This document shows, one piece after another, positions 58,735 through 64,000 of a stretch of 64,000 nt of DNA (positions are counted from its first letter, which is position 1; each line of letters starts with the position of its first letter). The stretch comes from Candidatus Latescibacterota bacterium (GTDB lineage Bacteria; Latescibacterota; UBA2968; GCA-2709665). A program made the position numbers and the translations under genes. The stretch spans positions 2,912,001 through 2,976,000 of the forward strand of contig OZ252100.1 of assembly GCA_965248435.1 (NCBI GenBank), read 5' to 3'. The notes below the pieces were generated by a model, which worked only from the letters and a program-made list of their open reading frames with translations, was not told the DNA's origin and ran no database searches.

Positions 58735-58797
58735 CCGAAGGGATACACCTAGGAAAGGCAGATTTGACTTAAGTCTTGAACAACTCGCAGGAAGTCG

Positions 58798-58846
58798 AAA
58801 ACGGCTGCTTCGCCCGGTCTTGGGTGACGCAGCCGTTTTGTTTTTT
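58798..58846. terminator. Bidirectional intrinsic terminator between convergent genes
   Basis: AAAACGGCTGC...GCAGCCGTTTTGTTTTTT. Confidence 0.75.
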
Positions 58847-58879
58847 GCTTCGCCGAATACTGGGGAAAAGGCCACAAAA

Positions 58880-58927
58880 TCCCCTCCCGGGGAGGGGTGC
58901 CCCAGCGAAGCTGGGGTGGGGTGGGTC
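58880..58927. repeat. Double-hairpin intergenic element
   Basis: CCCCTCC-CGG-GGAGGGG then GCCCCAGC-GAA-GCTGGGGT. Confidence 0.55.
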
Positions 58928-58932
58928 ATAAT

Positions 58933-59877
58933 TCAAGGCCTGTGGTACTTGGCACTTTCCGGTCTGGCAGCCCACCAGGCCCCGTGCAAGCCCTCCACGA
59001 CCGCTTCCGGCAGTTCCGGCTCGCCGCAGGCACGCAGGTTCTCTTCCATCTGCGACTCCTTGCTGGCGCCCAGAATCACGGCGTCGCCTTCCGAGTCGTC
59101 CATGACCGAATGATGGAACATCCAGCGCAGCGCGGCGGAGGTCATGGCGATGCCCGCCTTTTCGCAGCTCTCGCGTACCGAATCCAGGGCCTGAAAGTGG
59201 GACGCCTTCCAGTAACGATCGCGGTAACCGCGTCGTTGGACGACAAATCGGCCCGCTTCGGGTTCCTCGTCCAGGCTTCTGTACCGGCCGGTCAGGATGC
59301 CTCCAGCGAGCGGATTGTAAGCGTAAAAGCTCAGTCCTAAGGACCTGAGACACGGAAACAGCTCCGGCTCCACTTCGCGAGTGATGGCGTTGTACATACC
59401 CTGGTAGACCGTTGGGACGATCCAGCCTTCTCTCCGGCAGGTATGCCAGATGTCCGCGACCTGCCAGGCCGCATAGTTGCTCAACCCGAACGTCTCGAAC
59501 CGGCCCTCATCGTGGAGTCTGGCGCAGGCCTCCAGACTAACCTCGATGGGCACCTCGGGATGGGGTGAATGCAAATAGAAAAGATCGACGTGCTCCAGGT
59601 CGAGTCGTCCGAGGGAATTCGAAAGTTGTTGACGAAGCCCCTCAGGACTCAATCCACCCTCTTGGGCCGGATTGGCTTTTGTGGCAATCTGGTAGGCCGT
59701 CCGATCGTATGGCTCGAGCAGCCGCCCCAGCATCTCCTCTGTCTTTCCGCCGCCGTAACCGTGGCCGGTGTCGATCTCCTTTCCCCCTGTCGCCAGAAAA
59801 TCTTCGAGTATCCTGCCGGCCTCTGGTTCCTCAACCTGCCCGCCGAACGTCATGCTGCCAAGTACCGCTTTGAACAT
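58933..59877 (-). CDS. Aldo/keto reductase (AKR7/aflatoxin reductase-like)
   Basis: LGSMTFG, ATKANP, GLSNYAAWQV, PTVYQGMYNAITR, YNPLAGG. Confidence 0.9.
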   Translation of the reverse strand: MFKAVLGSMTFGGQVEEPEAGRILEDFLATGGKEIDTGHGYGGGKTEEMLGRLLEPYDRTAYQIATKANPAQEGGLSPEGLRQQLSNSLGRLDLEHVDLFYLHSPHPEVPIEVSLEACARLHDEGRFETFGLSNYAAWQVADIWHTCRREGWIVPTVYQGMYNAITREVEPELFPCLRSLGLSFYAYNPLAGGILTGRYRSLDEEPEAGRFVVQRRGYRDRYWKASHFQALDSVRESCEKAGIAMTSAALRWMFHHSVMDDSEGDAVILGASKESQMEENLRACGEPELPEAVVEGLHGAWWAARPESAKYHRP

Positions 59878-59929
59878 TTCTTTACCTCCTGCTTGGTAGA
59901 GCTTCGCTCAGATGCTAAACACGTCCTGA

Positions 59930-60862
59930 TTAGAACCCCTCTACTTCGTCCGCGATTTCGATCGCCCGCGCCCGCTCCACATCGGTCAGGGGCGCCGCAT
60001 CCATCGCGCCCGCGTTCTCCCCGAGCTGCTTGCGATTCTTTGCACCGGGGATCGCCGCGGTTGCCCCCTTCGTGTCCAGGATAAACCGCAGCGCAGCCTG
60101 GACCATCGTTCGGTTGGTGCGCTCCGTCAGAAACAGGAGCTCCGACAGCTTTTTGAACGTCGCCTCCGCCTTTTCAGACGTGAACCGCTCCGTACGCCGA
60201 TCTCCGTCGTCCAGTTTCCGATCGACGAAATACTTTCCCGAAAGCGCGCCCGAGGCGAGCGGGATCCGAATCAGGGTCCCCAGGTTTTCCGCCTTTGCCA
60301 GACGAAGCGCTTCTTCTCCGCTACGATTGAGCAGATTGTATCCGACCTGCAACATCGCGATCTCACCGAGAGTGAGCAGCTTGCGAATCGCCTCCGTGTC
60401 GTTGGTCGAGATCCCGAACCATCGGATCTTTCCCTGCTGCTTCAAGTCTGCAAGGGTCTTCATCACGACCGCCATCGTCTGTTCGTGTGGTACGGCGTGC
60501 AGCTGATACACGTCGATGGTGTCCGTCTGTAATCTCTTGAGGCTTCCCTCGCATGCCTCCAGGATTCGCTGCCTCGCCTTCCCCTCATCCGGGTCGTCAG
60601 TGATCGGCCGCACCTTTGTCGCGATCACGAATCGGTCACGCCGACCCTTCAGTGCCCTCCCCATCACTTCTTCACTATGGCCATTGCCATAGGTCTCGGC
60701 TGAGTCCAAAAGATTGACACCGATCTCCTCGGCGCGGTGGATCGTGGCGATTGACTCCTCGTCGTTGACGCCTGTCCAGCTCGGCTGACCCCCCATCTGC
60801 CAGCATCCCACTCCGATCGATGACACCTTCAGTCCGGTCTTTCCCAGAATTCGATGTTCCAT
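59930..60862 (-). CDS. Aldo/keto reductase
   Basis: LGKTGLKVSSIGVG, DSAETYG, IDVYQLH, IPGAKN. Confidence 0.92.
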   Translation of the reverse strand: MEHRILGKTGLKVSSIGVGCWQMGGQPSWTGVNDEESIATIHRAEEIGVNLLDSAETYGNGHSEEVMGRALKGRRDRFVIATKVRPITDDPDEGKARQRILEACEGSLKRLQTDTIDVYQLHAVPHEQTMAVVMKTLADLKQQGKIRWFGISTNDTEAIRKLLTLGEIAMLQVGYNLLNRSGEEALRLAKAENLGTLIRIPLASGALSGKYFVDRKLDDGDRRTERFTSEKAEATFKKLSELLFLTERTNRTMVQAALRFILDTKGATAAIPGAKNRKQLGENAGAMDAAPLTDVERARAIEIADEVEGF

Positions 60863-60892
60863 GTCTACTTTCCTTCTCTAGAGCGGTCTGCT

Positions 60893-61032
60893 TTATTCCA
60901 GATTGGCGTGTCGTGCGAACATTTCCTCGGCGTTCTTGCCGGACGCTTCCATCAACACAAGCGCAAGGGCATCCAGCGTCAGCATCAGGCTCTGTTCAAG
61001 CCGAACAGATCGAGCGCAAGCTGCAGTTTCAT
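60893..61032 (-). pseudogene. Fused remnant of hexulose-6-P synthase 5' end and phospho-hexuloisomerase 3' end (hxlA'/'hxlB)
   Basis: ATG 61032 gives MKLQLALDLFGL; overlapping other frame gives EQSLMLTLDALALVLMEASGKNAEEMFARHANLE*. Confidence 0.85.
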
Positions 61033-61286
61033 CCAGGCTCTTTCTCATCCATTTTGAAAGCGGATACGACCTCGTCCGGCAGTTCGATCTGCGCCCCTCG
61101 ATGCTGCACCACAGCTGCTCCCGCCGCGCACGCGACCTCCACGATCCGATCGGGGCCGGTCCCGACTATTACGCCTGCCGCGAGCGCGGCACTGAACGCA
61201 TCACCCGCGCCGATGCAGGTCTGGTCATCGAAACAGTCGAACAGGACTTCGCCAAACGAAACGGCCAGAGGTTCGGACTTATTCAT
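61029..61286 (-). pseudogene. PfkB-family sugar kinase with large in-frame internal deletion
   Basis: 85 aa joining N-terminal FGEVLFDCF to C-terminal IGAGDAF...AGAAVVQHRGA. Confidence 0.8.
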
Positions 61287-62326
61287 CAGAGCGCTTCATC
61301 GGTTTTCAACACGACTTTGCCTATGGACTTACGCTCCTCGATCAGTCGATGTGCCGCCGAGGCCTCCTCCAGCAGAAAGACGTGACGCACAACAGGTCGA
61401 AGCTTGCCAGCCTCAACGAGGCCGATCAGCGCCTCCATGATCTCCGGGGCGTGCGCCTGGGTGTTGCTCACTCCTCCCCAGCCGATCAGCTTGAGGTTCT
61501 TCACCCAAAACGGCTTGAAATCGACCTCCCCCGAGCCCGTGAAGGAATTCGACCCAAAGCTGACCATTCGCCCGCCCTCGGCCAAACAGTCCAGACTTCG
61601 CGTGAAGACTTCAGCACCCACGGACTCCCAGACGACGTCAACGCCTCGCCCTTCCGTGGACTCCAGAACCCTGTCCACAAAATTTTCAGTCACGTAATTA
61701 ATCGCGACGTCCGCCCCCAGCTCACGGGCCAGCTCGAGCTTCTCTTCGCTGCCCGCGGTCGCGAGAACCCGCGCCCCGAACCGTTTGGCAAGCTGAACCG
61801 CCAGGACTCCCGTCCCTCCCGCAGCGGCGTGAATAAGGACGGTCTCTCCTTCCTTTAGGCCCGCGGAGATCTTAAGCGTGTGGTAGGCCACAGGAGCGTA
61901 ATCGAATCCGGCCGCCTGCTCGGATGTAAACGAAGGCGGAAAGGCGGTCGGACCAGGCCTCCCGTCGATACGTGACCTCAGTCCCGTCGCGGCCGCGACG
62001 CCATACTCGACGCAAGCACCCGGCTTCAGTCCCCCGACCAGATGCCGGCTTCCCACCTCTACATCGCTGACTTCTGCTCCTAGTGACACGACTTCGACAC
62101 ACGCCGTTCCGCCGGGAAAGTAGGGAGGCCCATCGATCCCGTAGCTCCATTCCGTCGGAGATCCGATTCGGCCGCTCCCCCCTCGCCGAATGTGGAGCTG
62201 AATGTAATCGACGGCAACGGCGAGCACCCTCACGAGCACTTCCCCAGGACCCGGCTCCGGAGACGGAACTTCCTCACATCTCAGAACGTCCGGGCCACCG
62301 AACTCGTAGTGCACAACGGCTCTCAA
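61286..62326 (-). CDS. NADPH:quinone oxidoreductase-like MDR-family enzyme
   Basis: FGGPDVL, VLIHAAAGGTG, GRGVDVV, IGKVVL. Confidence 0.9.
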   Translation of the reverse strand: MRAVVHYEFGGPDVLRCEEVPSPEPGPGEVLVRVLAVAVDYIQLHIRRGGSGRIGSPTEWSYGIDGPPYFPGGTACVEVVSLGAEVSDVEVGSRHLVGGLKPGACVEYGVAAATGLRSRIDGRPGPTAFPPSFTSEQAAGFDYAPVAYHTLKISAGLKEGETVLIHAAAGGTGVLAVQLAKRFGARVLATAGSEEKLELARELGADVAINYVTENFVDRVLESTEGRGVDVVWESVGAEVFTRSLDCLAEGGRMVSFGSNSFTGSGEVDFKPFWVKNLKLIGWGGVSNTQAHAPEIMEALIGLVEAGKLRPVVRHVFLLEEASAAHRLIEERKSIGKVVLKTDEAL

Positions 62327-62357
62327 ACTCCCCCCAAAAAATCAAATCTCCTCGCCG

Positions 62358-63216
62358 TCAGACAGAATGGATGGGTGTGACCCCTTCGGTGCTCGCAAGC
62401 AGATCTTCGCGTTCTCCTTCAGTCATCGGCTCTAGGTCGTGCGCCATTTCCAGCACAATTCGATAAAGCTCATCGTCCCCTGGAGGAATCGCAACAGTGA
62501 TGTCCTCGGACAGTGTGAACCTGAGGGCGAGACGGATCCGTTCCCGATCGGTCAGCGGCTGGTACCAGCATTTCTGGCGGATCTTCTCTTCCCCTTCATC
62601 CCGCTTCCTGTAAGCCAGAGCTTTGAGCGCAAGTCGGGCGACGCCCTTCTCCTTCGCCCGCTCAACCAGGAGAGGGCCGAAGTGGCCCTGTGCGTAGTTC
62701 ACGTAGTTGATCGGATACAGAACGGAGTCGAATTCGAACTGATCCAGGAGCGCCAGCGCCGCTTCTTCGCTATGTGCCGAAAACCCGATGTAGCGGACCT
62801 TCCCCTGTTCTCTCGCCTCGCACGAAGGTCTCCAGCGCGCCACCTGGGGCCAGGATCTGTTCCACATCCTCCATCTTGCTGACACCGTGGAACTGGTAGA
62901 GATCAAACCTGTCCGTGTGAAGCTCCTTCAGAGATTGTTCCAGCTGCTCCTTCGCGCCCGCCGCGTCACGCTTGCCGGTTTTGCAGGCCAGAAAGCTGCT
63001 GTTCCGATAAGGCCTCAACGCGGGACCCATCATTCTCTGAGCTTCGCCCCTTCCATAGCTTGGCGCGACATCGAAATAGTTGACACCACGCTCGACCGAC
63101 TCGGCCACGGTACGGTCCGCCTCCCCCTGTTCCATCCCTATGACCACAATCGCGCCCATTCCAATGATGGACAGTTCCACCTCATCGCGATACAAACGCT
63201 TGGGAATCGTGTTCAT
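62358..63216 (-). pseudogene. Aldo/keto reductase with frameshift near 62821
   Basis: Frame 1 NYFDVAPSYG...LYQFHG...APGGALETFV; frame 2 EAREQGKVRYIGFSAH. Confidence 0.8.
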
Positions 63217-63283
63217 CGATGCACCTCCTCGTATGATGAGGTAAGAGATACCTGGTCAAAATTAGACGCCAAAAGTTGCGATC

Positions 63284-64000
63284 CTACGACACACCCAGTT
63301 CTTCCACGGCCTGGTGCAAATCCGGAGGAAGGGGACCCGCCTCGGCAGCCGCAACGTTCTCTTCGATCTCGGCAGGCGTAGTGGCACCGACCAGGAGCGT
63401 CGCAACGTCAGGGTCGGCGATAATGAACCGTATGGCCATTGCCACGAGCGACAATCCACTTTCCTTCTGCAGGGCAACGAGGGGTTCAATTCGCTCCCGA
63501 ACTTCAGGCGAAAGATTCGAAGCGGCCCAATCCGGACGAGACAGAGCCCGCTGCTCATACGAACATGACCCACCCAGAACCAGGGCGACCTGGTTCCGGC
63601 TTGCGACCGGCATCAGCTTCTTTCGAGTCCCTCTCCTCGTAAGACTGTAGTGGAACGCGCTCAGGCACGTGTCAACATCCACGTTTGGCAGGGCGTGAGC
63701 CAGGTGATCCGGGTTATTCCCCGTGATCCCGATGAACCGACACAGATCCTGGGCCCTCGCCTCCCTGAGGAATTGCATCGCCGGCGCGTCCGCAAAGTCG
63801 TAGGTGGTCTCCGGATCCAGAAGCGACTGCCCAGCCCCTGCATCGGACCACCACCGCTGCCAGTCGGCCTCGTGCAGTTGCAAAACGTCCACACTTTGGC
63901 GTCGCAGGAGTCTGAGCCCCTCCTCGAACTGAGCAAACAGCGCCTCTTTCGATCTGAGGCGTTCCGGTCTGGCGAGCCAACCCACCTTCGTCGCCATAAG
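63284..64000 (-). CDS. Aldo/keto reductase (5' end outside window)
   Basis: ATKVG, VDVLQLHE, RFIGIT, LVGATTPAEIEEN. Confidence 0.85.
   Translation of the reverse strand, partial: LMATKVGWLARPERLRSKEALFAQFEEGLRLLRRQSVDVLQLHEADWQRWWSDAGAGQSLLDPETTYDFADAPAMQFLREARAQDLCRFIGITGNNPDHLAHALPNVDVDTCLSAFHYSLTRRGTRKKLMPVASRNQVALVLGGSCSYEQRALSRPDWAASNLSPEVRERIEPLVALQKESGLSLVAMAIRFIIADPDVATLLVGATTPAEIEENVAAAEAGPLPPDLHQAVEELGVS

Overview
Bacterial, GC-rich window. The C-terminal 'LYPNYPNPFNP' sorting domain, the expanded aldo/keto reductases and the UxxC redoxin suggest an FCB-group organism such as Latescibacterota (inference). Recognisable content: acyl-CoA ligase (partial), a DUF350/lipoprotein pair, a GT39-type glycosyltransferase, a triple DUF5069 protein, an Smr-Sir2 fusion, HspQ, an M16 peptidase, a variant ccm cytochrome c maturation cluster, TrmH, a geranylgeranyl reductase family enzyme, a large M4-type protease, uxuA (frameshifted), duplicated lactonases, a 4xCHRD secreted protein, a PaoABC-like molybdoenzyme and seven AKR genes. 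Main signals: (1) two paralogous porin + small periplasmic binding protein + HAMP hybrid kinase cassettes, a candidate uncharacterised trans-envelope signalling system; (2) an in-frame Smr-sirtuin fusion; (3) a UGA/SECIS selenoprotein that the ORF track splits; (4) an IS30 whose removal restores the S-helix tail of a response regulator; (5) a sigma54-driven CHRD segment bounded by a 174-bp duplication of a gene 3' end; (6) collapsed pfkB and hxlA/hxlB remnants. No rRNA, tRNA or CRISPR array was recognised. All family calls come from reading motifs by eye, not from database searches.
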